Assembly (NCBI GenBank): GCA_964016885.1
Contig: OZ024758.1
Location: 16,864,001-16,928,000, forward strand
DNA from: Eledone cirrhosa
Lineage: Eukaryota
Direction of reading: 5' to 3'
DNA length: 64,000 nt
How positions within the stretch are numbered: position 1 is the stretch's first letter; each line of letters opens with the position of its first letter. Positions 13,393 through 25,515 of this stretch are shown in pieces. The translations under genes were made by a program, and so were the position numbers. The notes beneath the pieces are model-generated. The model had not been told where the DNA came from, did not search any database, and saw only the letters and a program-made list of their open reading frames with translations.

Positions 13393-14158
13393 TAGTTTAT
13401 TGTCATTCATCATTGTTAAAGATTTTATGTAAAACCCCTGCCGTCACGTCTTGTAACATCCCTTGTGGCAAATAACAATATCTATCTATCTATCCAACTA
13501 ACTATCTACCTATCTCAGGTTTCCTTAAGAGGAACTACATCAAATAACCTAGTGCTGGAGCCACAATAAAAGACACCCAGTACACTCTGTAATGTAGTAA
13601 TGATGGTACCATGATAAAAGACACCCAGTACAACACACATATATGTATATCATGACCCATACACTATTCACTTTCCTGATATTTCTAAATTATTTTAAGT
13701 ACTATGCATGCACCTTTGATGAGTTGTACTGCACTTGAGCATTGTACACAATAATTTCATTATTATATATAAGTATGAGTAGCTTCATTTCTATATATTC
13801 TGTATTTACATTGTGCTATGCTCATCTCTCCAGAGCCAATAAAATATAATCAGACGAAGTCGAGGAGATGATTTGATAAACTATATTCTACTAAACATAT
13901 AGTCTTAAGTCAAAGTAAAGTATCATTACTTTTATTAAGGGTCTTGTTGATAGTTCAGTATATTATGACCCTTATAGATAAGCAGATGCATCTACAAGAT
14001 AATCTTCAAATGGTAGTCAGATTACTTCCTCAGGCTGATTAAATTTTAGTCAGCCTCAGACTGAAAAAGGATTTTCAGAGAAGAATCTTGTTCTGTGATC
14101 AAATATTTTTAGAATATATATATATATGTGTATGTGTATGTGTGTATATATATATACA

Positions 14159-14477
14159 GGAGGCACATGGCTTAGTCGAAAGGTTGTCAGTTCAATTCTC
14201 GGACCGGGTGATGTGTTGTTTCCTTGAGCAAGACACTTTATTTCACATTGCACCAGTTTACTCAGCTGTAGAAATGAGATGATAGGGACTAGGGTCCCTA
14301 TCATTCCACTGCAAAGTGGTCGTGGAGGTGCCATGGCAAAAAAGCACCCAGCACTCACTGTAAATGAGGTTGGTGTTAGGAAGGGCATCCAGCTGTAGAA
14401 ATCAAGCCAGAATCAGTTTCCATCCCACCCTTGCAAGCAGGGAAAGCGGACATAAAATAATGATGATGATGATGATG
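14159..14477 (+). mobile_element. SINE family A with a deletion in the head
   Basis: Same modules as 5838-6180. Confidence 0.9.
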
Positions 14478-14498
14478 ATATATATGTATAAATATGTA

Positions 14499-14550
<52 letters not shown>

Positions 14551-14793
14551 TATATTTATACATAAATATATATAGTTATACATATATATATATATACATA
14601 TTTATGCATATATATATATTTATACATATATATATATGTATATACATATACATATTTATACATATATACATATATATACATATATACATATATATACATA
14701 TATACATATATATATATATATACATATTTATACATATATACATATACATATTTATACATATATACATATACATATTTATACATATATACATAT

Positions 14794-15833
14794 ACAAGAG
14801 ATGTAGCGGGATCTCAGGAAGCTTAATTAAGAATGTAGGATTCACATGCAGCAGCTGTGCTGAAACAGCAAGCAAACAGCAAGCAAACAGCCACAGGAAA
14901 CAAGTACCACCAATCTCTGGGAGGGCCCTGTAGAAACAGTAGACAGCTTCTGCTACCTAGGTGACCGAATTAGCAACGGAGGTGGGTGCTCAGAAAGTAC
15001 AATAACTAGGGTAAGAACGGGATGGAAGAAGTTTAGGGAACTACTACCACTGCTAGCTGCAAAAGGCTTCTCCCTCAGAATGAAAGGCAGACTGTATGAT
15101 GCGTGTATCCGAACAGCGATGTTGCATGGTAGTGAGACCTGGGCGCTGAAGGTGGAAGACTTACGTAGATTAGAGAGAAACGAAGCCTGCATGCTCCGAT
15201 GGATGTGTAACAGTAATATACGTGAACGACAAAGCATAAATGAATTGAGAGAGAGACTGAGCATAAGAGGAATCAAATGCTGCGTGCAGGAGAGGCGGTT
15301 ACGCTGGTATGGACATGTGATGCGTATGAAGGATGACAGCTGCATAAAAAGGTGCAGAGCACTAGAAGTTGATGGAAACCGCGGAGTGGGGAGACCCAAG
15401 ATGACTTGGGATGAGGTGATAAAAGCCGACCTTACCCAACTACACCTCTCAAAGTCAATGACACACGACCGTGACTTCTGGCGTCACGCAGTAATACAGG
15501 GTACCCGACCTCCCATGGGTACATGCTGAAGCATATAAACAATATGCCCCCCCCCCCCCACCGCAAGGTGGTCGTGGAGGTGCCACGGCAAAAAAGCACC
15601 CAGCCCACACTGTAAAGTGGACGTGTAGGCGCCACGAAAAAGCACCCAGCACTCACTGTAAATGAGGTTGGTGTTAGGAAGGGCATCCAGCTGTAGAAAT
15701 CAAGCCAGATCAGTTCCTGTATGAGCAAGGCATGGTCAGCCGACCAGACACTGCCCACAACAGGACAACCCGTCTAACCCATGCTAGCGTGGAAGAACGG
15801 ACGTAAAACGGTGATGATGATGATGATGATGAT
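14794..15833 (+). mobile_element. 5'-truncated RTE-clade LINE: ORF2 C-terminus plus long 3' UTR
   Basis: [53 protein letters not shown] and GRPKMTW motifs. Stop at 15529. The only visible disablement is an 11-bp duplication at 14863-14884. (GAT)n tail. Confidence 0.92.
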
Positions 15834-16091
15834 ATACATATTTATACATATATACATATACATATTTATACATATATACATATATTTATACATATTTATA
15901 CATATATATATATATTTATACATATTTATACATATATATATATATTTATACATATATATATATATTTATACATATTTATACATATATATATATTTATACA
16001 TATATATATATATACATATTTATATATATACATATTTATACATATTTTATACATATATATATACATATATATATATATTTATACATATACA

Positions 16092-16122
<31 letters not shown>

Positions 16123-16466
16123 TTATACATATATTTTATACATATATATATATATACATATTTATACATATATATATATATACATATTTATACATATATT
16201 TTATACATATATATATATATACATATTTATACATATATATATTTATATATATACACATTTATACATATATATATATATATACACACACACACATATATAC
16301 TTTGAAATTCCTCTTAGATTGATATCAAAGAAATCTCCTAAGACTTGATAAATTTTTCATTGGTCGCTGTCTGTGAGATTCTTATTTTATTTGGCTGCCA
16401 TAATATAATTTTCTTGATTGTTTACTTTTCTTATAGATATTACTTCTAACAGAATAATGTCTAGAG

Positions 16467-16581
16467 CTTCTTCCCCAGTTTCTTCATCAGTTTCTTCATG
16501 AGTTTCTTCCCCAGTTTCTTCCCCAGTTTCTTCCCCAGTTTCTTCCCCAGTTTCTTCATCAGTTTCTTCATCAGTTTCTTC
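16467..16581. repeat. 12-bp minisatellite agtttcttc(ccc/atc), about 9 units
   Basis: Direct reading. Confidence 0.85.
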
Positions 16582-17119
16582 GAGTGAATTTGCTTCTCTT
16601 TAATCAGAATCAGATTTTTTTTTTTTTTTTTTTTTTATCCTGTCATGTAATAATAATTAAGCGAAACGTTGGAGAGAGACAGAGAGGGTTTCTCTAATTT
16701 GAGCACAAGGTAAGCAGTAGAAAAGAAATATGTGCAGGAAGTGTGATTCTCTGTAGAAAGGAAACATGGGATTTGAGAATAGAAGATCTAAAAGAAAATT
16801 CTGAGTAATGAGATGAAATATGATCCAATTACTGAACAATGCTGAATTAACCAGAAAAATAATAAGATTTGGTATCTGATGCTTGATAAAATGTATACAT
16901 GAGAATGTGTAGAGATAGTTTATATATGGATGACATAAGCAGAACGAAAACGTACATTAGCTGTCTAATATTTCCATAGTGAAATCAGAATAGGGAAAAT
17001 TAGGTCAAAAGTAAAGATTATGTAGAAATATATGGAAAGTTGTTGTATTTAAAAACAGTTCTTATTTCTGACTCTTTTATTAGTTTGTCTTCTTTGCCCA
17101 CTTATTTCTGAGAGGGTTA

Positions 17120-17605
17120 TTGGGGAGCAGAGTCTTCAAATACTCCCTCCAGTGGGTCCCGTCAGAAGCAACAGTTACCAACTGATCCCCAAGCACGACC
17201 AACCAAGCTCATGGATGTTATCCAGCCAAGAGTCCTGTCAGAGCAAGGGTCTCCAACTGATCCAGATGGGTCCCCAAGCCTGACCTATGAAGCTCATGGA
17301 TGTTATCCAACCAGGATCCTGTCAAAAGTAATGGTCTCTAACTGATCCAGCTGGAACCCCAAGCATGATCAGCCAAGCTCATGGATGTTATCCAACCAGG
17401 ATCCTGTCAAAAGTAATGGTCTCTAACTGATCCAGCTGGAACCCCAAGCATGATCAACCAATCTCATGGATGTTATCCAGCCATCTTGCTCAGGGTCTGT
17501 CCCTGGGTCTCCTACCTGTTGGATTCGCACATAAAATCTCTCCAGCAATTCTTTCCAGAGAAATTCTAGCCACATGCCCATAATATCTGAGCTGTGATCT
17601 CTCAA
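17120..17605 (-). mobile_element. Degraded RTE-clade 3' end with an 85-bp tandem amplification
   Basis: Minus strand reads ERSQLRYYGHVARIS...GRRPRDRP*ARWLDNIHE. ctcatggatgttatcca recurs every 85 bp (about 17207, 17292, 17377, 17462). Confidence 0.8.
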
Positions 17606-17764
17606 TTCAAAGAAGTAGCAGGTGCAAGCCTTGAGAGTTGGAATGGCTCTTCTAATGCATCTCTCACACCATCCTCTGGGGAAACACCTTCTCTATTGTG
17701 TCTGCTAGAGCTGTGAGGTGACCAGTCCATGAGCCCCCATTTGCTCATAATAGTGAAATATGAG

Positions 17765-18085
17765 CTCCCATGGGTACAAGCTGAAGCATATAGACAATAT
17801 TCCCCCCACACACCCCACTGTAAGGTGGTCGTGGAGGTGCCATGGCAAAAAAGCACCCAGCCCACACTGTAAAGTGGACGTGTAGGCGCCACGAAAAAGC
17901 ACCCAGCACTCACTGTAAATGAGGTTGGTGTTAGGAAGGGCATCCAGCTGTAGAAATCAAGCCAGAGTCAGTTCCTGTATGAGCAAGGCATGGTCAGCCG
18001 ACCAGACACTGCCCACAACAGGACAACCCGTCTAACCCATGCTAGCGTGGAAGAACGGACGTAAAACGGTGATGATGATGATGAT
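17765..18085 (+). mobile_element. Short 5'-truncated copy of the 14794 RTE family (3' UTR)
   Basis: Near-identical to 15510-15833. Confidence 0.9.
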
Positions 18086-18190
18086 GGAGGAAAGCGGGAG
18101 AGTCGGAGGCAGTGACAGTGGGAGTTTGGTTCCTCTGTGTTCAGACCTGGTGTAGATGTATATGTTTCACAGACACACACACACACTGAG
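18086..18190 (+). mobile_element. 3' UTR fragment of the CRE-like element
   Basis: ggaggcagtgacagtgggagtttggttcctctgtgttcagacctgg, shared with 29421-29480, 44260-44310, 54820-54870 and 58470-58530. Confidence 0.6.
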
Positions 18191-18989
18191 ACAATTTAAT
18201 TTTTAGAAATGGAGTTCTACACAAGTAACTCAAACCTCACACAAGTTGAATATTTGACTAAATATCTTGTATAAATTCACGTTCGAAGATACTTGAAGAG
18301 TTCCATAACAGAGGGAGATAAGAAGCGAGCCTGAAACAGTTGTATTCTTCTAACCTATACTATCAAAATAGATATTTTGAATACTGCTCAATGTAATGCA
18401 TTATTTAACCCTTCAGGTTCATCTGGGAAAATATGGGAATAGACTTTATAAAAGTATAAAATTAAAACCATACATGGAGAAACAATTTTTAGAAATGTGA
18501 TAAAGAAACAGGAATTTGTGTGATAGAAATATTGCGCAATAACTAATATTCAATTACATTTCTAAATAGAAACTTTAAACTAATTTCAATTTCTAAATTC
18601 ATTCACTGAATTTAAAGATGCTCGTTGATAGTAATGAATGTTAAGGTGAGCACTTGAACTTAGCATACAATTTCATATTTTAATACAGTTTCCATCATTG
18701 AATGCTTATTGAACAAGCTAACCATCTCCTTGAGAAATATGCTGTACAAAATCTAAGGTACAAATCAGATTAATGTTGAAACATCATCATACACAGAATC
18801 TACATTATCTCATCAAAAGCTCATATCATGCACGCATTTTTGTGTGAGACAAAACAAAATTAAGTGGCATACATACATACATATACATATTTATTATTAG
18901 TATATATAAAATATAAAGTTTAAGAAAAGAACTTCTGCTTTCACCCTATTACAGGATCTTCTGAAACTTAATATACACACCCTACTCCA

Positions 18990-19240
18990 TCCCCCCCCTT
19001 CCCATTCCATCCACTGTGTTGAAGACAACAGTCCACACGGTAAGGTGGTCGTGTAGGACACACAGTGAATAGACTCACAGTCCACACTGTAAATGTGGTT
19101 GGTGTTAGGAAGGACATTCAACTGTAAAAAAAGCTGCCAGAGAAACTTCTGTGTGAGCGAGACATGGTCTAACATCATATGGAACAAAACCGTCTAACCC
19201 ATGCTAGCATGGAAGATTGTTAAACGATGATGATGATGAG
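18990..19240 (+). mobile_element. Older retroposon sharing the aggaagggcatcc module and tail type 2
   Basis: C-run, ggtggtcgtgtagg, ggttggtgttaggaagg, aacccatgctagcatggaag, (gat)n. Relatives at 45825-45995 and 46770-47230. Confidence 0.65.
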
Positions 19241-19255
19241 GAGGAGGAGGATATA

Positions 19256-19599
19256 TCATCATCATCATCATTTCATTTTACGTCCGCTTTTCCCTGCTTG
19301 CAAGGGTGGGACGGGAACAGATTCTGGCTCGATTTCTACAGCTGGATGCCCTTCCTAACACCAACCTCATTTACAGTGAGTGCTGGGTGCTTTTTTGCCG
19401 TGGCACCTCCACGACCTCTTTGCAGTGGAATGATAGGGACCCCAGTCCCTATCATCTCATTTCTACAGCTGAGTAAACTGGAGCAATGTGAAATAAAGTG
19501 TCTTGCTCAAGGAAACAACACATCACCCGGTCCGAGAATTGAACTCACAACCTTTCGATTGCAAAGCCAATGCTCTAACAACTGAGCCATGTGCCTCCA
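19256..19599 (-). mobile_element. SINE family A, full length
   Basis: Reverse complement of 5838-6180. Confidence 0.9.
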
Positions 19600-19614
19600 T
19601 AAAACTTAGCTTGC

Positions 19615-19752
<138 letters not shown>

Positions 19753-19814
19753 TGTTGGCTTCTTGCTACAAAAATTTCTATACATTTCATTTATAAATAT
19801 ATATATATATATAT

Positions 19815-20132
19815 AATTGTTTCTACTGTTGGCACAAGGCCAGCAAGTACCCAATGCATTACTGGTACTTTATTTTATCGACCCCGTAGGGATGAAAGGC
19901 AAAGTTAACCTCGGCGGGATTTGAACTCAGAATGGCAAGGGCCGTAACTATGCGTCAAAGCATGGCGCCCGACCCTCTACTGATACAGCCAATCCACCGT
20001 CATGGAATTTCATTATATATATATATATATATATAATTGTTTCTACTTTAGGCACAAGGCCAGCAATTACCCAGTGCATTACTGGTACTTTATTTTATCG
20101 ACCCCGTAAGGATGAAAGGTAAAGTCAACCTC
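19815..20132 (-). mobile_element. SINE family B: one near-full copy and one truncated copy
   Basis: Head ggattggctgtatcagtagagggtcg on the minus strand, core gcctttcatcc..ggggtcgataaaataaagtaccag, tail agaaacaattat. Confidence 0.85.
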
Positions 20133-20140
20133 AATATATA

Positions 20141-20315
20141 TATAATGAAATTCCGTTATAACGAAATTCACGGGGTATTAAAAAAATTTGTTGTTGCAAA
20201 AATTCTTTATAACGAGATCGAACTAACATTGAGCATGTGATCGGGGATTGGAAAATATTTTGTTATAATGAAAAATTTCTGATAATGGTATTTGTTATAA
20301 TGGAATTTTACCAGT
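20141..20315. mobile_element. pogo/Tigger-like MITE remnant
   Basis: Repeated ttataac/gttataa motifs; end ggaattttaccagta. Confidence 0.5.
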
Positions 20316-21076
20316 ATATCCTGAAATTTGGATGTTATTAGGAAGGGAATCCAGACTTAGAAGATATTTCAAAATATGGATTGTATAAGCAAGACATTTT
20401 TCTCTGACTTGTTTAGTCAAAGAATATGACAACCCATGCAACCTATTCCAGCGTTGAAAGCAGATATAAAATGATGATGATGATTATTATGATGGTCATA
20501 ATGGCACACCCTCACACACATACACATACGTATATATACATATTTTTGTTTTTAAAGTCATGGGCTTTAATTATGTAAGTGAAATTTTTGACAACATTAT
20601 CTTCAAACTGTTATCATGGAAATCATAATCAAAGAGTTACAAATAAAATTTCCCAATATTTTTATTTGTTTTCTTTTAGTTTGAAAATGTAATTTAAAAA
20701 GAAATGTGCTCAAAGACTTGATTTCATAATCTAAAGGTGGAAACTTTCTGATTAGAAGCAGGCGAGTGTGATTTAAAGAAGAAAGCATTTTTAAAAGTAT
20801 AACCATGTTCCAATCATGTAAAGCTAGATTGTTCAATTAACGTACATTATTTTGTAAAGTGAGGAAGGTGGAATGACATAATTCAGAACACTAACTGATC
20901 ACATAGCTACATCAATTGTACAATAAAAAATAAAGGTTTAAAATTAAAACAAATATACAAACATCAGTTGTGAACCTTGTTAAATCTTAATACAACAACC
21001 ACCCACTCACACCCAACGATACACATATTGAGTTGATAAAATATATCTTTTATAATTTAAAAGTTAAAGTTTTTCT

Positions 21077-21102
21077 CAGTTATCCCTGTGGTAACTTTTC
21101 TG
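21077..21102 (-). other. 26-nt fragment of 28S rRNA (domain V), not a gene
   Basis: Minus strand CAGAAAAGTTACCACAGGGATAACTG matches, from memory, the conserved eukaryotic LSU segment GTGTCAGAAAAGTTACCACAGGGATAACTGGCTTG. Confidence 0.75.
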
Positions 21103-21560
21103 CCCATAGTATCGGAGCTATGATTTACTCTGAATTGGGAGGGTATTTGGAGTAACATTACCCAAAGTGCATAGCTCAGAGATCTGATAGTCACTCTAGG
21201 TAGAGCTGAAACTTCTCTGAATTTAGAGAGATCACAGCTCCGTTACTATGGACATATGGTTAGAATGTCTCAGGAAAGAATCACTGGACAGGTTTGTATG
21301 CTGGAGATCAGAGTCACTCCAGGTGGAGCCACTACTCTGAATTGAGAGATCACAACTCTGATACAATAGGCATGTAGTTAGAATGTCTCAGGAAAGTATT
21401 GTTCAACAGATTTGTAGCTTATAGATCAGAGAGTCATTCCAGGTAGAGTTGCTACTTGTACAAATTGAGAGATCACAGCTCTGATACTATGGGCATGTGG
21501 ATAGAATGTCTCAAGAAAGAATCACTGGACAGATTTGTCGATCAGAGAGTCACACAAAAC
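21103..21560 (+). repeat. Tandem units of about 120 bp derived from the RTE RSQLRYYGHVVRMS segment, with an inverted piece at the left end
   Basis: gagatcacagctc.g.tactatgg at about 21228, 21346 and 21469. 21103-21123 is the reverse complement of the same motif. Confidence 0.75.
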
Positions 21561-22051
21561 CGAAATTGCTCTAAGTTTATAAAGCATGACATTTTTAGGG
21601 AAGATTCCAAAAGACATGCAAACAATTACATTATATTTACAAATTATTAAATAAAATAAACAATTCAATATAATAAAATGTAAATAGAGGAATACAACTA
21701 GTACAGGGTCACCCCTTATCTCCCTTTGTTGTGGAACTCTTTTGTCATAAATGAGTCTCAAAAACTCTTTGCTTTCAAAACTTTATTTCTGAAGCAATGA
21801 CAAAAGTTTTCAGCACGTCCATGAGTAAGCCATTTGCAAAGTGTTGAAAGCTTTTTTATGTCTAGCAAAGAAGAGTTTCACAACCAAGGGAGATGAGAAG
21901 CGAGCCTGTACAAGTCTTATTCCTCTATTTATAAAGCATGACATTTTTAGGGAAGATTCAAAACTGAATTTTCTACAAATTATTAAATAAAATAAACAAT
22001 TCAATATAATAAAACAATATTTTTTTTGTAAGTATCAACATATACACACCT

Positions 22052-23350
22052 TTAAGAGAAGTGTTCCAGATGATATAACTTGAAACAGTTAGTAGAGAGA
22101 TTTACCTTGCAATGTTCACACACTCTTTCTAGTTTCCTTGTAATATTTTCTTTGAAACAGTGTTGGCAAGTTTTCTTTCTCTCAAAGTCTACATGCTAGT
22201 GCATGGTACCATGAACCCAAGGAACTTCTTCCATGAGTATTTTCCTTTTATATGAATAGTTCCCAACATGTTTACAGGCCAGGTACATTCTCAACCCCAA
22301 CTAGGGTACATTTTTTCCTTTCATTTTTTTAAACAGGTGGCAATGGTTTGAGAATGCTTTCATCAACACAAATGAACATACAGCCACATCAACAACAAAA
22401 TAAAACAAATACTTCATTTATTCAACCTCCTTCCATTGCAGCACAGGTGAGAACCAACTGGCTCTCACCTGTGCTGCATGGTTCACTCCATTCATGTACT
22501 CCGTGTAGTTTTTTTTTTTTTTTTTACTATCCGTTACGTAGGACACGTAAGAGAGGCTTTTAATCAAAGCTTTTATTAACGGTAAATTACACAACTTATT
22601 CCTTGTATCCCGTTTGCTCTGCTAACCAGTGACGCCTTTTTAATGATGCCTGCCTCGTCGTTTTTCCTATCCCCGTGACTGCACTTAATACAAAGCACAA
22701 CGGCTACAACTAGCAGACGATGACACCAAGATACTAATTAACTATCACACTATCCTTCGACGAGACACGATGTTGTGTTTCCTAGGCTTTTGGTTTTGCC
22801 AGACACTTGTAAAATCATTGGGACTGGAATTTGTGGTCAGCAGTGTCACAGCCCTCATATCATGCCAGGCTGTTGCCACCAGGCTTTCTTTTTGCCTCTG
22901 TATTGTGTCACGTTGGTTCTTCAATTTTGCTTAAGTAATAGCTTGTGGCATGTCTTTCATATTTGTTCATATTGTGCTGCAAAAATAAGTCCCATTCTTT
23001 AAAACTTCCTGTACGAGTTTGACAGAAGAGAAAAAATTATCACAATAAAACATATATCTCTCGTGGGGTCCTTCAAAACTCTACCCCAAGTCTTTATCCG
23101 TTTCATGTGGAACTGTATAAACTTGAAAACAAATGTATAAACAGAGCAAGTGTATAAACAGAGCAAGTGTGTGTTTCAGCCGACATTTGCATTTTTATTC
23201 CACGATTTGCAGGCTTCAGGGGAAGATATTGTTTGAAGCCAAATAATCCAGTGAAAGCAATAATGCCTTTGTCAATTCATGTTTCCGTATAGACTGTACT
23301 GTGTCTTCTAATTCTCATGTATCATCAATAAATGGCCAAACATGGGCACG
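22052..23350 (-). pseudogene. Fossil piggyBac (PGBD-like) transposase
   Basis: Collinear motifs IDKGIIAFTGLFGFKQYLPLKP..GIK, YCDNFFSSVKL..L..NG.Y, RQKESLVATAWHD.RAV.LLTT, YMNGVNHAAQVR, KYLFYFVVDVAV, and the C-terminal Cys-rich domain CQHC..VCEHCKVNLSTNCFKLYH. Stops, frameshifts and deletions throughout. Confidence 0.9.
22504..22767 (-). mobile_element. 264-bp insertion resembling a solo LTR, inside the piggyBac fossil
   Basis: TGT...ACA ends, CpG-rich, AATAAA at minus 22577-22572. It interrupts the transposase. No clean TSD. Confidence 0.5.
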
Positions 23351-23525
23351 TTTGCCGTTTCAACTTTCTGACGCCATATTTGTTTTGATATAAATTATCG
23401 TTATTAAAACTTGTTGCTCTTTCTTTCTCACTCCTTGTAAAAAAGAAAAGAAAGGAGCGCTATTAATTGCAACGTACTTTTATATTCAGACGTTATTTAC
23501 AAAACAATCCCTGATTGGTTTAAAC

Positions 23526-23819
23526 CAGGCATGGGCAACTCTTTTTGAGAAGCGGGCCGCATAAGATATGGCTGATCATCAAGCGGGCCGCAAGCGCTAA
23601 TTTACATTCGTGTCCACATAAAAAAAAAGGGTGGTAACTCAGGTTGTTTTGATTTGTTTCTTCAGAATACGTTAACGTTGTTTTCTTCGATCGTGAAAAT
23701 GATAGAAAGATAAATTACGACTGAAAAGTTGGGATAAAAAAAAAATCAGAAACATTTCACTTAGGTGACTTAGGCGAGCCATTCAGAAAGCCTCGCGGGC
23801 CGCAGGTTGCCCATGATTG
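23526..23819. mobile_element. hAT MITE (family H2)
   Basis: TIR caggcatgggcaac / gttgcccatgattg; 8-bp TSD gtttaaac/gattaaac. Second copy at 57939. Confidence 0.88.
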
Positions 23820-24039
23820 GATTAAACTAAAATTAGCTTCCTAATTTAACCAATCACTGAATATTTTACATAAAGAACGAGTACCTTTCAGACCATGACT
23901 GAAAAAAGTGAACAACGAATTTTCTCGTGCATCAACCTCCAGTGGAATTCTGATATCATGGCCACAGTCGTAGTTAGAGGGCGAGAGTAATGACTAAATA
24001 CTGTAAAGCAGATATATCACCTTTATGTTTTATCAATAA

Positions 24040-24875
24040 TAATTTCTGATTTAGGCACAGCGCCAATAGGAGAAAATCGATTAAATCAACACCAGTGCAT
24101 TACTGGTACTTTATTTTATCGACCACATAAGGATGAAAGGTAAACCTAACCGTGGCGTAATTTAAACTCAGAACGTAAAGGGCCATAACTCTATGACGCA
24201 AAGCATATTGTCCGACGCTCTACCGATACTGCCAATCCACCGCCTTAGCTTAATAATTGTTTCTACTTTAGGCATAAGGCCAACAACTTTGGGGGAGGGG
24301 AACATCGATTAAATCGACCCCGCCAGTGCATTACTGGTGCTTATTTTATCGACTCCGTAAGGATTAAGGGCAAAGCTAACCTCGACAGGATTTGAACTCG
24401 GAACGTAAAGCGCCGTAACTCTATGCCGCAAAGCATATTGTCCGACGCTCTACCGATACTGATAATTCACCACCTTAGCTTAATAATGGTTTCTTATATA
24501 GGCACAATGCTAGCAATTTTGGGGGAGGGGGAAAGTCGATTAAATTGACCCCAGTGCGTGACTGGTACTTTATTTTATCGACCCCGTACTCTATCCTGCA
24601 AAGCATGGTGTCCGACCCTATACCGATACTGCCAATCCACTGCCCTACCTTAGCTTAATAATGAGGAATTATATTAGATCCCTCCAAATTCTCGTCATTT
24701 TCGAAGTTATTCGAAAACCATGTATAATCAACTCTGACTTAGGCACAAGGACAACAATTTGCTGGGAGTGGAAATTTTATTAAATCAGCCCCAGTGCGTT
24801 ACTGGTACTTTATTTTACCGACCCAAGAAAGAGGAACGGCAAACATAACCTTGCGCAATTTGAACTCAGATCGTT
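24040..24875 (-). mobile_element. Cluster of about 4 head-to-tail SINE B copies
   Basis: Repeated SINE B cores separated by ccttagcttaataat at about 24243, 24473 and 24648. Confidence 0.8.
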
Positions 24876-25264
24876 AGAATGTCATGACTAAATACAAGAT
24901 CGATAGTAAAATAAGGTCGACTTATATTCAAGGTCAATATTTTGCCGATTTTCACCAACTTCAGATTGTACACAAATAAGGTGCTAGAATATCTGGAGTG
25001 ATTATTTTAAAATGAAATATTGCTTTTCTTTATTAACTACATCGTCATTGTTGTTATTTATGTATTCCCATGAAAATATTTCCAAGAAAGTTTTATAATT
25101 TTAACTTTTTAATAGATTAATATCCCATACATGTGCACGCAAACACATATATATACACATGCACATATATATATATATATACGTTTTTCTCTGACTTAAT
25201 AATACTTTTTCTTTCGATCTTACGTAAGATTGAAATCTTACTTCTGACTTGTGTTTTATTGCTC

Positions 25265-25400
25265 CATCTCTCTCTCTCTCTATTTCACTCTCTCTCTTCT
25301 CACTCAGATCTCCTTGTTTTCTCTCTCTCTCCTCACTCAGATCTCGTCGTTTTCTTTCTCTCTCTCTCTTCTCACTCAGATCTCGTTTTCTCACTCTCTC
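25265..25400. repeat. (CT)n with ctcactcagatctc repeats
   Basis: Three units of about 45 bp. Confidence 0.75.
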
Positions 25401-25432
25401 CCCCCTCTACTATATGAATCTTTATACAAAGT

Positions 25433-25515
25433 TATTGGGTCGTCAGTTTGAAATTTGTAGAAATTTGTTATTTTTTCTACACATTTCTACAAATTTCATA
25501 CTTGACGACCTGATG
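25433..25515. mobile_element. Mariner-type hairpin MITE of about 80 bp (MADE-like)
   Basis: tattgggtcgtcagtttgaaatttgtagaaat versus atttctacaaatttcatacttgacgacctgatg, with a short spacer. Confidence 0.65.

Noticed and set aside
16467-16581. EETG/EETD acidic repeat exon
   Set aside because: An in-frame stop and poly-A lie immediately upstream; best explained as a 12-bp minisatellite.
21077-21102. rRNA gene
   Set aside because: Only 26 nt match and the flanks are not rRNA; kept as a captured fragment.
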